From an uncultured Methylococcaceae bacterium (GTDB lineage Bacteria > Pseudomonadota > Gammaproteobacteria > Methylococcales > Methylomonadaceae): a stretch of DNA of 64,000 nt. Below the pieces are notes generated by a model, which was not told where the DNA came from, did not search any database, and saw nothing but the letters and a program-made list of their open reading frames with translations. How positions within the stretch are numbered: position 1 is the stretch's first letter; every line of letters starts with the position of its first letter. This document shows positions 39,936-50,364 of the stretch, one piece after another. The stretch is taken from contig CAJADF010000100.1 of the NCBI GenBank assembly GCA_903938485.1, positions 4,438-68,437 on the forward strand, given 5' to 3'. The position numbers were made by a program, and so were the translations under genes.

Positions 39936-41117
39936 ATGAGCATTACACTTTCACATCGAGTTAAAGCAGTTAAACCATCACCCACGCTAGCAATTACAGC
40001 TCGAGCAGCGCAAATGCGTGCCGCTGGAAAAGACATTATTGGCCTAGGTGCTGGCGAACCAGACTTCGATACTCCTGATCATATTAAAGCCGCTGCAATA
40101 AAAGCCTTAGATAGTGGATTTACTAAATATACCGCAGTTGATGGCACTGCAGGTCTTAAAAAAGCCATCATCGCTAAATTTAAACAAGATAATGGTTTAA
40201 ATTACGAACCCAAACAAGTTTTAGTGTCTTGTGGTGGTAAACAAAGCTCATATAACCTAACGCAAGCACTACTTAATACGGGTGATGAAGTCATCATTCC
40301 TGCACCATTCTGGGTATCATATCCCGACATGGTTTTATTAGCAGACGGCATACCGGTTATTATTGAAACCAGTCAAGAGCAACATTTTAAAATAACACCA
40401 GCACAATTACGCGCAGCTATTACCGATAAAACGCGTTTAATTTTTATTAACAGTCCGTCTAACCCATCCGGCGTCGCTTACAACCTAGAAGAACTTAAAG
40501 CCTTAGGTGATGTTTTAGCAGATTTCCCAAATATAATTATAGCCACCGATGATATGTATGAACATATTCTTTGGGAGCAAGGTTCGTTTGTTAATATTCT
40601 AAATGCCCATCCAGAATTTTACGATCGTACAGTAGTTATGAATGGCGTTTCAAAAGCTTATTCAATGACAGGATGGCGCATTGGTTACGCCGCTGGTCCT
40701 GCAAATTTAATTGAGGCCATGTGTACCATTCAATCTCAAAGCACCTCAAATCCAACATCAATATCACAATATGCTGCAGAAGCTGCTTTAACTGGCGATC
40801 AAAGTTTTATTAACACTATGTGTGTCGAGTTTAAAAAACGCCATGACTATGTAGTGGCGGAATTAAACAGTATTGATGGCATCGAATGTTTAGAAACCGA
40901 TGGCACCTTTTATGTATTCCCTAATGTACAAAAATTAATAGACCGCCTAGACGGCATTAATAATGACTTGGAGTTTTCTGATTATTTAATTGAAAAAGCC
41001 GGTGTAGCCTTAGTGCCTGGCTCGGCTTTTGGATCAGAAGGTCATATCAGAATCTCTATCGCGACCAGCATGACTAATCTACAAAATGCCATAGAACGCA
41101 TCAAAAACGCTATATAA
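39936..41117 (+). CDS. aspartate/aromatic class I PLP aminotransferase
   Basis: 393 aa. It reads GAGEPDFDTP, has the PLP lysine context NGVSKAYSMTGWRIGY and the segment SQSTSNP, typical of AspC/AatA-type aspartate aminotransferases. Confidence 0.9.
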   Translation: MSITLSHRVKAVKPSPTLAITARAAQMRAAGKDIIGLGAGEPDFDTPDHIKAAAIKALDSGFTKYTAVDGTAGLKKAIIAKFKQDNGLNYEPKQVLVSCGGKQSSYNLTQALLNTGDEVIIPAPFWVSYPDMVLLADGIPVIIETSQEQHFKITPAQLRAAITDKTRLIFINSPSNPSGVAYNLEELKALGDVLADFPNIIIATDDMYEHILWEQGSFVNILNAHPEFYDRTVVMNGVSKAYSMTGWRIGYAAGPANLIEAMCTIQSQSTSNPTSISQYAAEAALTGDQSFINTMCVEFKKRHDYVVAELNSIDGIECLETDGTFYVFPNVQKLIDRLDGINNDLEFSDYLIEKAGVALVPGSAFGSEGHIRISIATSMTNLQNAIERIKNAI

Positions 41118-41187
41118 GATACGCCTCTACAAACCTCAGAACAGCTCATCTTCCCAAAAATAGTTTGGGAAGATGATATTCATTTTT

Positions 41188-41628
41188 TTACCACACACCC
41201 ACATTTGTCGCAGATACCCAAGGTTCTTGAGGCTCCAAAGGCAGACCTTTTTGCAAGAACTCAATCGATATACCATCAGGAGATCTGATGAAAGCCATGT
41301 GTCCATCTCTAGGTGGGCGATTAATAATCACGCCTTTTTCAGCTAAATCAGCACAAGTCTGATAGATATTATCCACTTCAAAAGCGACATGGCCAAAATT
41401 ACGCCCACCCGTATAATCTTCTGTATCCCAGTTATAAGTTAATTCTAAAAGCGGTGCTTCTGTATTTAATGCCTGTTCAGCATCCAAGGGTGCATATAAA
41501 TAAACTAAGGTAAATCGTCCCGCTTCACTTTCATAACGACGACTTTCAACTAAACCTAATTTGTTACAGAAGAAATCTAAAGATTCTGCTAAATCTTTAA
41601 CGCGAATCATCGTATGTAAATAACGCAT
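41188..41628 (-). CDS. gloA: lactoylglutathione lyase (glyoxalase I)
   Basis: 146 aa. The N-terminus [20 protein letters not shown] and the segment LELTYNWD...[13 protein letters not shown] closely parallel E. coli GloA. Confidence 0.88.
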   Translation of the reverse strand: MRYLHTMIRVKDLAESLDFFCNKLGLVESRRYESEAGRFTLVYLYAPLDAEQALNTEAPLLELTYNWDTEDYTGGRNFGHVAFEVDNIYQTCADLAEKGVIINRPPRDGHMAFIRSPDGISIEFLQKGLPLEPQEPWVSATNVGVW

Positions 41629-41670
41629 ATTGTTTTAATCCTTATTCAGTTATTAGAAATGTTGCTTAAT

Positions 41671-43080
41671 TTAAGCGTTTTTTTCAAGCTTGCTATGTTT
41701 TATTGAATACACAAAATACACCACCAAACCTAATATCAACCAAACAATAAATCTTAACCACGTAATAGCAGGCAAAAAGGCCATCAAAGAACCACAAGAC
41801 AACACACCCAATACAGGGAATAATGGATTGAGTGGCGCACGGAAAGGTCTTTCTAAATCCCAGTGTGTTATACGTAACACAATAACGCCTAAACACACCA
41901 AAACAAAAGCCGCCAGTGTTCCAATATTAACCAATTCAGCTAACTCGCCCAACGGCACTAAACCTGCAATTAATGCCATGATGACACCCGAAATAATAAT
42001 GACGCGAATCGGAGTTTGAGTTTTCTCACTCACTTCACTAAAGAAGGGTGATAACAGACCATCTCTAGACATTGCAAAAATAATACGCGTCAAACCATAA
42101 TACAAAACCAACATAACGGTTGTTAAGCCTGAAATAACCCCGGTTGAAATAACCGCGGCACCCCACTTATACCCCATCAAAGTTAAAGCATGCGCTACCG
42201 GTGATGAAACATTAAGTTCTTTATAATTAACCACACCCGTTAACAATCCAGATACGATGATATAAATCAAAGTACAAAAAACTAAAGAACTAACGATACC
42301 AAAGGGTAAATCTTTTTGAGGATCTTTAGCTTCTTCTGCCGCAGTAGAAACAGCGTCAAACCCCACATAAGCAAAAAAAACCAACGATGCGCCCGCTAGC
42401 ACCCCTGTTGTTTGGCCGCCCGGTAAAGTTTGAAACCATCCAAATGGCATAAAGGGTTGCCAATTTTCTGGGTGCACATTAAAAACTGCAATACCAATAA
42501 AAATACTGATAGTGACTAACTTTACTGCCACCATCATGTTATTAGCCTTTGCACTGTGTTTAACACCCGCTATTAATAAAAACATCAGCACTAAAATAAT
42601 TAATGCCGCAGGTAAATTAATAAACCCACCGGCCATAGGTGCTTTAGTCAACATCTCGGGCAAACCAAAACCAATGGCAGTCAGAGCATTATTTAAGTAG
42701 CCCGCCCAGCCATTAGCGACAGCAGCAACAGAAATAGCATATTCCAACAACAAGTCCCAGCCAATTATAAAGGCGATTAACTCTCCAAACGCAGCATAAC
42801 TATAACCATAAGCGCTACCACATCCCCCAATTGCCGCAGATAACTCAGCATAAGATAACGCAGCAAACGCACAAGCCAAGCCAGCAACAACAAAAGACAA
42901 AACAATAGCGGGTCCGGCTTGGGTGGCTGCAGCAATACCCGTCAATACAAAAATACCTGTTCCAATAATAGCCCCAACACCTAAGAAAGCTAAATCCCAT
43001 GCAGATAGACAGCGTTTTAATTGAGTAACACCCTGCTCATGGGGCATTATTTGTTTAGTGCGGAAAATCTTATGTAACAT
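41671..43080 (-). CDS. APC-superfamily amino acid permease (cationic amino acid transporter-like)
   Basis: 469 aa with about 12 TM helices. The N-terminus reads LKRCLSAWDLAFLGVGAIIGTGIFVLTG. Confidence 0.88.
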   Translation of the reverse strand: MLHKIFRTKQIMPHEQGVTQLKRCLSAWDLAFLGVGAIIGTGIFVLTGIAAATQAGPAIVLSFVVAGLACAFAALSYAELSAAIGGCGSAYGYSYAAFGELIAFIIGWDLLLEYAISVAAVANGWAGYLNNALTAIGFGLPEMLTKAPMAGGFINLPAALIILVLMFLLIAGVKHSAKANNMMVAVKLVTISIFIGIAVFNVHPENWQPFMPFGWFQTLPGGQTTGVLAGASLVFFAYVGFDAVSTAAEEAKDPQKDLPFGIVSSLVFCTLIYIIVSGLLTGVVNYKELNVSSPVAHALTLMGYKWGAAVISTGVISGLTTVMLVLYYGLTRIIFAMSRDGLLSPFFSEVSEKTQTPIRVIIISGVIMALIAGLVPLGELAELVNIGTLAAFVLVCLGVIVLRITHWDLERPFRAPLNPLFPVLGVLSCGSLMAFLPAITWLRFIVWLILGLVVYFVYSIKHSKLEKNA

Positions 43081-43128
43081 ATGGGTATGGGTCTCTACTG
43101 AAATATAAGGTTTAACAATGAATGGGGT

Positions 43129-43344
43129 TTAATAATGCGGTGGCGTTTCGTCAACGACCTCACCAGATTGATTTGCTGTTGTTGATATACTTTTAATACG
43201 CTCATTAAGCAATTGACAAGTGGCTTCTAAACGCATTATTTGCTGTTGTTGTTCACTGACAATTCGATTTAATTCTTGTAATAAATCTTCTTGGTAAGCG
43301 GCTTTTATTTCTAACTCTATTAATCGAGTTTGATCCATACTCAT
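43129..43344 (-). CDS. slyX: SlyX family protein
   Basis: 71 aa coiled coil, reading RLIELEIKAAYQEDLLQELNRIVSEQQQQIMRLE. Confidence 0.8.
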   Translation of the reverse strand: MSMDQTRLIELEIKAAYQEDLLQELNRIVSEQQQQIMRLEATCQLLNERIKSISTTANQSGEVVDETPPHY

Positions 43345-43346
43345 GT

Positions 43347-44729
43347 TTAAATCACTTTTGAAAATTGTTGCTGGTGTTTTTGAGCTAAATATTTATCAAA
43401 TATCATACAAATATTCCTAATCAATAACCTTCCTGCTGATAATACTTCAATTCCCGTTGCTGATAAATTAATTAATCCATCAACTTGCATCGGTAGTAAC
43501 ATCTCAAGTTCTTCGCTAAAGTATTCATCAAAACGAATTGAATACTGCTGCTCAATTTGCGTAAACGCTAATTTGAAATTACAAATTAATTGCGTAATAA
43601 CCGCCGCACGCAACTTATCATCTGCATCTAGTTCAACTCCCTTAAATATAGGCAATTTGTCTAAACTAAGTAATTGATCGTAAGTCTCTAAATCTTTTAC
43701 ATTCTGACTGTAAACATCTCCGACTCTACCAATAGAAGTAATCCCGAAACCAATTAAATCACAATCAGAATGCGTAGAATAACCCTGAAAATTTCTATAT
43801 AACTTTCCTTCCCGTTGGGCTATAGCCAGTTCATCATCTGGCTTTGCAAAATGATCCATACCGATATAAATATAACCAGCCTCCACTAATTTCTGATTCA
43901 CTCGCTGTAGTATGTCTAATTTAACTTTAGCCGAAGGCATATCCGCATCATCAATCTGCCGCTGTGTTTTAAAACGGGCTGGCATATGTGCATAATTAAA
44001 GATAGAAAATCGATCAGGACTAACCTGCAATACTTTATCAAGGGTTTTAGAAAAGCTCTCCACCGTTTGTAATGGCAAACCATAAATCAGATCTATATTC
44101 GTTGAACGAAAGCCAACTGCTCTTGCATCCTCTAAAACACTGAAAGTTTGTGCCTCTGTTTGAATACGATTAACAGCTTTTTGCACAGCAGGATCGAAAT
44201 CTTGCACACCTAGACTAATACGATTAAATCCCAAGTTACGGAGTTGCTTAATAGTATTAGAATTTGTTTCTCTAGGATCAATCTCTATCGAATACTCACC
44301 CGTGTCATCGTCTTTTAAAGAAAAATGTTGGCGAGTCGCATCCATGAGTTGTTGCATCTGCTGAGCATTTAAAAAGGTCGGCGTACCGCCACCCCAATGC
44401 AATTGATTAACCACTCTATTTGAATCAAATAAATTACCTTGCAACGCAATTTCTTTAAGTAAATTAGCTAGATAAGGTTCCGCATGCTGCCTATTTTTAG
44501 TAACTATCTTATTACAAGCACAATAAAAGCAGACCGTGTCACAAAAAGGAATATGAAAATATAATGATAATGGCCCGGCTAAAGAATTTGATTTTATTAT
44601 CTCTTGTCGATAGTGTTCTTCTGTAAAACCACCATGTAATTCTAAAGCAGTGGGATAAGACGTATATCTTGGCCCTGCTTTATCGTAGCGTTTAATTAAC
44701 TCTAAATCGAATTCCAGAGACTGATTCAT
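43347..44729 (-). CDS. hemN: oxygen-independent coproporphyrinogen III oxidase (radical SAM)
   Basis: 460 aa. It carries the radical SAM cluster motif YFHIPFCDTVCFYCACN, plus GGGTPTF and the HemN C-terminal domain. Confidence 0.94.
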   Translation of the reverse strand: MNQSLEFDLELIKRYDKAGPRYTSYPTALELHGGFTEEHYRQEIIKSNSLAGPLSLYFHIPFCDTVCFYCACNKIVTKNRQHAEPYLANLLKEIALQGNLFDSNRVVNQLHWGGGTPTFLNAQQMQQLMDATRQHFSLKDDDTGEYSIEIDPRETNSNTIKQLRNLGFNRISLGVQDFDPAVQKAVNRIQTEAQTFSVLEDARAVGFRSTNIDLIYGLPLQTVESFSKTLDKVLQVSPDRFSIFNYAHMPARFKTQRQIDDADMPSAKVKLDILQRVNQKLVEAGYIYIGMDHFAKPDDELAIAQREGKLYRNFQGYSTHSDCDLIGFGITSIGRVGDVYSQNVKDLETYDQLLSLDKLPIFKGVELDADDKLRAAVITQLICNFKLAFTQIEQQYSIRFDEYFSEELEMLLPMQVDGLINLSATGIEVLSAGRLLIRNICMIFDKYLAQKHQQQFSKVI

Positions 44730-45958
44730 TATTTAACAGAGCCATTAATGACTATCTTATGAAGTCCTTTATCCGTTAAGTCTACTGAATCTATTGATCC
44801 TATTAAATCACCTACTTGCGGCATCGCATTACCCGATGTAGATATTCTTGCCAATAACTTAACTTTCGGAAAGTTTGAGAGTTTCATATTTGGCATCATA
44901 GCCATGGAGTCATTCAAGATAACCGTCAAGGGTAAGTCAGCAACCTTTTTACGTGAAATTGCCAACGGCATCTTTGGGCCTGTTAAAGCTTGTGCATAGA
45001 TAAAAACGGTATCATCATGCTTAGCGAATGACATTAACTCAGAACCCAGTTCAACATCCACTTTTACCTCAACGCCAAAAGTGGTCACTGGTTTTTTAGA
45101 CTTTTCATCAACAACAACTTGAGGATTCTCTGCAATTAACTGATCTAATAAACCTTGTATTTGCTGTTGGGCTTCAGATTCTGGAGGTAATAAACCTAAT
45201 AATTTTTTCCAAGTATCATAAGCCGCCTGATCTTCACCACTCTGAGCTTTTGCCATCCCGCCTAACCATAAAGCCTCCATGTTATCAGGCTCTAAAATTA
45301 ATGCCTTAGCAATAAGTTCGCTCGGTCTACCGATTAAATTTTTATCATTGGTGTTAGCTAATGCATCGGCATATAACAACATGACTTCTGGATTTTCACC
45401 CAATAATCGATACGCATTTGCTAAGGCCTCAACTGCTTTAGGATATTGTTCTAAAGCTCTATAAGATTTACCCAACATCAACCAGCCTTGAGCATCTTCT
45501 GGGGTAGATTGCATTTTCTCAGCTAAACGCGTCACCATTTTATTGATTTCTGCCAGTTTTAGTCGATCAGGATCAACAGACATCTCAGCACTATGGCTGA
45601 CTGCAGGATAATTACCCACTATAAAATACAAACTGGTCGCTAATAACGGCACCACTAATAAAACCAGATAAATAATCCAACGCCCCTGGTTATTGACTGC
45701 TTGCTTAGATTGTTTTATGTCTAAATCATCACTCAAAGCTAATTCAAGATCAGCTAATTGCTCTGCAAAATCTGCCTCACTTAAAGCACCTGATTGTCTG
45801 CCCTCCTTAAGCTCAGCTAAACGATATTGGGCGATTATTACATTTTCTTGATCTAAATCTGCATCGGCAATAATTTGTCTACGCCAGAAAGGTGGCAATA
45901 TAAATAAAAAGGCGATGAAAACCAGAACACTTACAATCAACCAAAATAAAATATTCAA
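44729..45958 (-). CDS. ccmI: c-type cytochrome biogenesis protein CcmI
   Basis: 409 aa. It has an N-terminal TM pair followed by TPR repeats, and sits in the last position of the ccm operon. Its start overlaps the ccmH stop by 4 nt. Confidence 0.85.
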   Translation of the reverse strand: MNILFWLIVSVLVFIAFLFILPPFWRRQIIADADLDQENVIIAQYRLAELKEGRQSGALSEADFAEQLADLELALSDDLDIKQSKQAVNNQGRWIIYLVLLVVPLLATSLYFIVGNYPAVSHSAEMSVDPDRLKLAEINKMVTRLAEKMQSTPEDAQGWLMLGKSYRALEQYPKAVEALANAYRLLGENPEVMLLYADALANTNDKNLIGRPSELIAKALILEPDNMEALWLGGMAKAQSGEDQAAYDTWKKLLGLLPPESEAQQQIQGLLDQLIAENPQVVVDEKSKKPVTTFGVEVKVDVELGSELMSFAKHDDTVFIYAQALTGPKMPLAISRKKVADLPLTVILNDSMAMMPNMKLSNFPKVKLLARISTSGNAMPQVGDLIGSIDSVDLTDKGLHKIVINGSVK

Positions 45959-46428
45959 GACAAATCACCTTTATCTAACAAACTACGAATTTTTTTTTGC
46001 TTCTCAGCATCAAGATTACCAGGCTGATCTGCACTCTTAGCCTTACTCGTTGATTTTTTTTGTTTGATAAAAACATAAACAATGAGCAAACCTAACATCA
46101 AGAAAACACCCGGCGCAATCCAAAGTAACGAAGTTTTGCCTTTAAACGCAGGTTTATAAAGTACAAAATCACCGTAACGATCTGTCATAAACAGAACAAT
46201 TTCATCATTCGATTTTCCTTGTTCCAGCATTTCATAGACTTGTCTACGCAAATCGGAAGCTAATTCTGCATTAGAATCGGCAATCGTCTGATTTTGACAA
46301 ACTAAACAACGTAATTCTTTAGTTAAAATCTCGTAATTTTCTTGCTGAATAGGATCAGCCAATTGCCTAGCATCAAGTGCATAGCTACTTTGACAAATTA
46401 AGAAAAAAGCAAAGAACAAATACTTCAT
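45955..46428 (-). CDS. ccmH: cytochrome c-type biogenesis protein CcmH
   Basis: 157 aa with a signal peptide and the LRCLVCQNQTIADSNA (CXXC) motif. Confidence 0.9.
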   Translation of the reverse strand: MKYLFFAFFLICQSSYALDARQLADPIQQENYEILTKELRCLVCQNQTIADSNAELASDLRRQVYEMLEQGKSNDEIVLFMTDRYGDFVLYKPAFKGKTSLLWIAPGVFLMLGLLIVYVFIKQKKSTSKAKSADQPGNLDAEKQKKIRSLLDKGDLS

Positions 46429-46430
46429 TA

Positions 46431-46961
46431 TTAAGATTCTGCTTGTAATTTAATGATGAGAGGAAGTAACACATTTTGAACATCCTGCTCTGTTACTGGA
46501 CCCGTTTGTTTATGACGGATCAAACCATTTTTATCAATAACAAAAGTTTCAGGTACGCCATAAACGCCATAGTCGATACCAATACGACCTTCTAGATCAC
46601 TAATACTTGTATTGTAAGGATTCCCCAAACTATCCAACCAACGCAAAGCATTAACTGAGTCATCTTTATAATTTAAGCCAATAATGGTTACTACATTTTT
46701 TTGCGCTAAGCTATTAAGCACAGGATGCTCACTGCGACAAGACACACACCAAGAAGCCCAAACATTAAGCAACCAAACTTGGCCTTTTAAATCTGCAGGA
46801 CTTAACTTTTCTTCAGGTGCATCGAGCTTAGAGGCAGAAAAATAAGGTGTAGGCTTATTAATAAAAGGCGATGGAATCTCACTGGGTTTTAGATTTAAAC
46901 CTATGCCTAAAAAAACAGCCAGCACCATAAATAAGATCAGAGGAATAATATATTTAAGCAT
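46431..46961 (-). CDS. ccmG: thiol:disulfide oxidoreductase DsbE/CcmG
   Basis: 176 aa with a TM anchor, the thioredoxin motif WASWCVSC and GVYGVPETF. Confidence 0.92.
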   Translation of the reverse strand: MLKYIIPLILFMVLAVFLGIGLNLKPSEIPSPFINKPTPYFSASKLDAPEEKLSPADLKGQVWLLNVWASWCVSCRSEHPVLNSLAQKNVVTIIGLNYKDDSVNALRWLDSLGNPYNTSISDLEGRIGIDYGVYGVPETFVIDKNGLIRHKQTGPVTEQDVQNVLLPLIIKLQAES

Positions 46962-46970
46962 TAGATTACT

Positions 46971-48902
46971 TTATTTAGAAAGTCGATAGCGCTTATCGAA
47001 AGCCGCACACAATCCGCCAGCAGCCATAAACAAGGCACCTAACCATATCCAGCGAATAAAAGATTTATAATAAATTCTTAAACTCCATGCCCCCTTGTCA
47101 CCTAAGGGTTCTCCGATAGCTACAAATAAATCCCTAAATATCCCCGCATCAATAGCCGCTTCAGTCATAGGCATTTTTTGAACCTGATACACGCGTTTTT
47201 GTGGTTCTAACTTAGCCACCTCTTGGCCATTATGCGTCACCGTTACAAAAGCTTGTTGAGCAATGTAATTAGGACCTTTATTTTGTTTAACACCATGGAA
47301 CTGAAAAATATAACCCGACATATCGATCGATTCAGCTGGCGCTAAGCGGACATCTTTTTCGACACTATAAACAGACGTTAACGTGATCCCGATAACAAAA
47401 ACAGCAATCCCAAAATGCGCAAAAGTCATCCCATAAAAACCAGCCGGTATCGTTTTTAAACGTTGCACCGTCCAACCTTTTGCACCCAAGCGGTCAGTAA
47501 ATGTTAAACAGGTCATCGCCACAGTCCATAAGGCCAAAGTAATCCCTATTCCCGCGCCCCATGAATAAAAGGGCATTAACAAAGGCAATAAAAAACCAGC
47601 GCCAATAACAACTGCAATTATCCATCTAACTCGGATAGCTAACTGGCTTATAGAATCTTTCTTCCAGCGCAATAACATGCCCAAACCAACGGCTACAGAT
47701 AAAGGTGCCATTAAGGGCACAAACACTGCGTTAAAATAAGGAGGGCCAACTGAAATTTTACCCAGTCCCAAGGCATCAATCACTAGAGGATATAGGGTTC
47801 CTAATAAAATACTTGCCGCCGTTACAACTAATAGAACATTATTCAATAAAATCGCCGATTCTTTAGAGACAAACTCAAAACTCGTACTACTTTTTACCGT
47901 TGGCGCTCTAAAGGCATACAAGGTTAAAGATCCCCCCACGACAACAGCCAAGAAAACCAAAATGAATAAACCACGAGTTGGATCACTCGCAAACGCATGT
48001 ACAGAGGTTAAGACCCCCGAACGCACCAAGAATGTACCGAGTAAACTTAAAGAAAACGCAAAAATAGCTAATAAAACAGTCCATGTTTTAAAAACACCCC
48101 GCTTCTCGGTGGCCGCTAAAGAATGAATCAAAGCCGTGCCTACTAACCAAGGCATAAAAGAAGCATTTTCGACGGGATCCCAAAACCACCAACCGCCCCA
48201 ACCTAGTTCGTAATAAGCCCACCAACTACCTAAAGCAATCCCTATTGTTAAAAACATCCAGGCCATATTGGTCCACGGTCTAGACCAACGCGCCCAAGCC
48301 GCGTCTAAACGGCCTTCAAGTAAGGCCGCAATAGCAAAAGCAAACGCCACAGAAAAACCCACATAACCCATGTATAACATGGGAGGATGAATCGCTAAGC
48401 CAGGATCTTGTAATAAAGGGTTTAAATCTCGACCTTCCACAGGTGCCGGAAACAAGCGTTCAAAAGGATTTGAGGTAAACAATAGAAATAATAAAAAACC
48501 AATAGACACTAAGCCCATCACACCTAAAACACGTGCTAGGGTAGGCACTGGAATACTTTTACTAAATCTAGCAACTAAAGCCGTCCATATCGTTAATACT
48601 AAGCCCCATAGCAACAATGAGCCTTCATGTGCCCCCCAAACCCCTGAGATTAAATACAAAGTAGGCAAAGAGGTATTTGAATTTGTAGCAATGTATTTAA
48701 CTGAGAAATCATGTGTTATGCAGCTATAGGTTAAACAACCATAAGCCAAGGCCATAAACAATAACTGCGCATAAGCCGCTGGTCTAGCTACTGCAATCCA
48801 ACTACTAAAGCCCCGATAAGCACCTATAATAGGTAAAGTGCCTAATATTAATGACATGCATAAAGCAAGAATCAGTGAGAAATGGCCTAACTCTGGAATC
48901 AT
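46971..48902 (-). CDS. ccmF: heme lyase CcmF
   Basis: 643 aa and polytopic. It carries the WWD-type motif WGGWWFWDPVENASFMPW. Confidence 0.95.
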   Translation of the reverse strand: MIPELGHFSLILALCMSLILGTLPIIGAYRGFSSWIAVARPAAYAQLLFMALAYGCLTYSCITHDFSVKYIATNSNTSLPTLYLISGVWGAHEGSLLLWGLVLTIWTALVARFSKSIPVPTLARVLGVMGLVSIGFLLFLLFTSNPFERLFPAPVEGRDLNPLLQDPGLAIHPPMLYMGYVGFSVAFAFAIAALLEGRLDAAWARWSRPWTNMAWMFLTIGIALGSWWAYYELGWGGWWFWDPVENASFMPWLVGTALIHSLAATEKRGVFKTWTVLLAIFAFSLSLLGTFLVRSGVLTSVHAFASDPTRGLFILVFLAVVVGGSLTLYAFRAPTVKSSTSFEFVSKESAILLNNVLLVVTAASILLGTLYPLVIDALGLGKISVGPPYFNAVFVPLMAPLSVAVGLGMLLRWKKDSISQLAIRVRWIIAVVIGAGFLLPLLMPFYSWGAGIGITLALWTVAMTCLTFTDRLGAKGWTVQRLKTIPAGFYGMTFAHFGIAVFVIGITLTSVYSVEKDVRLAPAESIDMSGYIFQFHGVKQNKGPNYIAQQAFVTVTHNGQEVAKLEPQKRVYQVQKMPMTEAAIDAGIFRDLFVAIGEPLGDKGAWSLRIYYKSFIRWIWLGALFMAAGGLCAAFDKRYRLSK

Positions 48903-48903
48903 G

Positions 48904-49347
48904 TTATTGACCTTTACCTTTTTCAGACTGATTTTTTAAACTTTGTTTTACTTCAGGTGGCATATAGTTTTCATCATGTTTAGCCAACACTTCTTCAGCG
49001 ATAAATACGCCTTGAGCATTTAACTTACCGTTAGCAACAATGCCTTGGCCTTCTCTAAACAAATCAGGCAAGATCCCCGTATATTCAACAGTCACCTCTT
49101 TACTAAAATCGGTTAACTTAAAGCGTACCATCAAGCCATCATTAGGTCTCTCAACACTACCTTTAATGACCATACCTCCTAAACGAAATAAATTATCTTT
49201 AGGCGCTTTACCCGCCACAACATCCGATGTAGAAAAGAAATACATCAAATTATCATTGAAAGATTTCAGTGCAAATCCAGTTGCAATGCTGACACCTATC
49301 ACCATTAGGCTGATCAAAATTAAGCGTTGTTTTCTAGCTGGCTTCAT
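48904..49347 (-). CDS. ccmE: cytochrome c maturation heme chaperone CcmE
   Basis: 147 aa. It has a TM anchor, FRLGGMV, and the heme-binding His context LAKHDENYMPPE. Confidence 0.95.
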   Translation of the reverse strand: MKPARKQRLILISLMVIGVSIATGFALKSFNDNLMYFFSTSDVVAGKAPKDNLFRLGGMVIKGSVERPNDGLMVRFKLTDFSKEVTVEYTGILPDLFREGQGIVANGKLNAQGVFIAEEVLAKHDENYMPPEVKQSLKNQSEKGKGQ

Positions 49348-49350
49348 GGT

Positions 49351-49506
49351 TTATTTCCGTTTTTGTTTTAAACTTTGACGAAAAAACTGTCTACGTTGCA
49401 TGATGGGCAGAACAACATTTGCAATCAACACGACTAGCGTTAGCCCATAAGAGGTCCAGACATAAAAGCCATACCCACCCATAGCAAAAAATTCTGTCAA
49501 ACTCAT
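49351..49506 (-). CDS. ccmD: heme exporter protein CcmD
   Basis: A hand-found 51-aa ORF, below the ORF-track cutoff, reads MSLTEFFAMGGYGFYVWTSYGLTLVVLIANVVLPIMQRRQFFRQSLKQKRK. It has the typical CcmD MGGYGFYVW motif. Its ATG overlaps the ccmC stop by 4 nt, and its stop lies 3 nt before the ccmE start. Confidence 0.8.
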   Translation of the reverse strand: MSLTEFFAMGGYGFYVWTSYGLTLVVLIANVVLPIMQRRQFFRQSLKQKRK

Positions 49507-50267
49507 TGCTGTTGCTCCGATAACATTGTTTTAACCCACTGAGAATTACGCTCACGCTTTAAAAGCTCAACACGAGCACGTTGAATTAAAGCAATTACAT
49601 AATAAAACTTAAAGGATAAAGCCATTAACAAAAGCGGAATCAACATACTGACATGTATCGATGGTTTATCCATTTTCGTAACCGTAGGCCCTTGATGCAG
49701 TGTATTCCACCACTCTACCGAATAATGAATAATGGGGATATTGACCACACCCACTAACGCTAAAATAGCAACCGATTTAGAAGCAATCTTTTTATCATCA
49801 ATAGCCCCATAAAGACCGATAACGCCAAGATATAAAAACAATAAAATCAATTCAGACGTTAAACGTGCATCCCAAACCCACCAAGTTCCCCACATAGGTT
49901 TACCCCATAAAGAACCCGTCACCAAGGCAATAAACGTAAAACTAGCGCCAATAGGTGCGCTACTAATCGATATCACTTCAGCTAATTTGATACGCCAAAT
50001 CAAGCCAATTGCACCGGTAATAGCCATTACCATATATATAAACAATGACATCCAAGCACTAGGTACATGAATATAAATGATTCGGTAACTGTCACCTTGC
50101 TGATAATCTGCTGGCGCTAAATACAAGCCCCCATAAAGCCCCGCGCCGGTTAACAACACAAAAATAACCACTAACCATGGCATTATCTGTTGGGTAAAGG
50201 CATAAAAATGTGGCGGAGATGCCATGCGATGATAGAAGCGAATAAGGATATCTGGAACTAAAAACAT
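49503..50267 (-). CDS. ccmC: heme exporter protein CcmC
   Basis: 254 aa with the WWD motif WGTWWVWDARLTSELILLFLY. Confidence 0.95.
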   Translation of the reverse strand: MFLVPDILIRFYHRMASPPHFYAFTQQIMPWLVVIFVLLTGAGLYGGLYLAPADYQQGDSYRIIYIHVPSAWMSLFIYMVMAITGAIGLIWRIKLAEVISISSAPIGASFTFIALVTGSLWGKPMWGTWWVWDARLTSELILLFLYLGVIGLYGAIDDKKIASKSVAILALVGVVNIPIIHYSVEWWNTLHQGPTVTKMDKPSIHVSMLIPLLLMALSFKFYYVIALIQRARVELLKRERNSQWVKTMLSEQQQ

Positions 50268-50364
50268 AAGATTGGCTTTAAAAATTCAATATTGAAAGGA
50301 AAATATTTTCAGGCTGACTCGCTTTTACTGATTATAAAGAAGCATTATTGTGTATAAAAAACGT

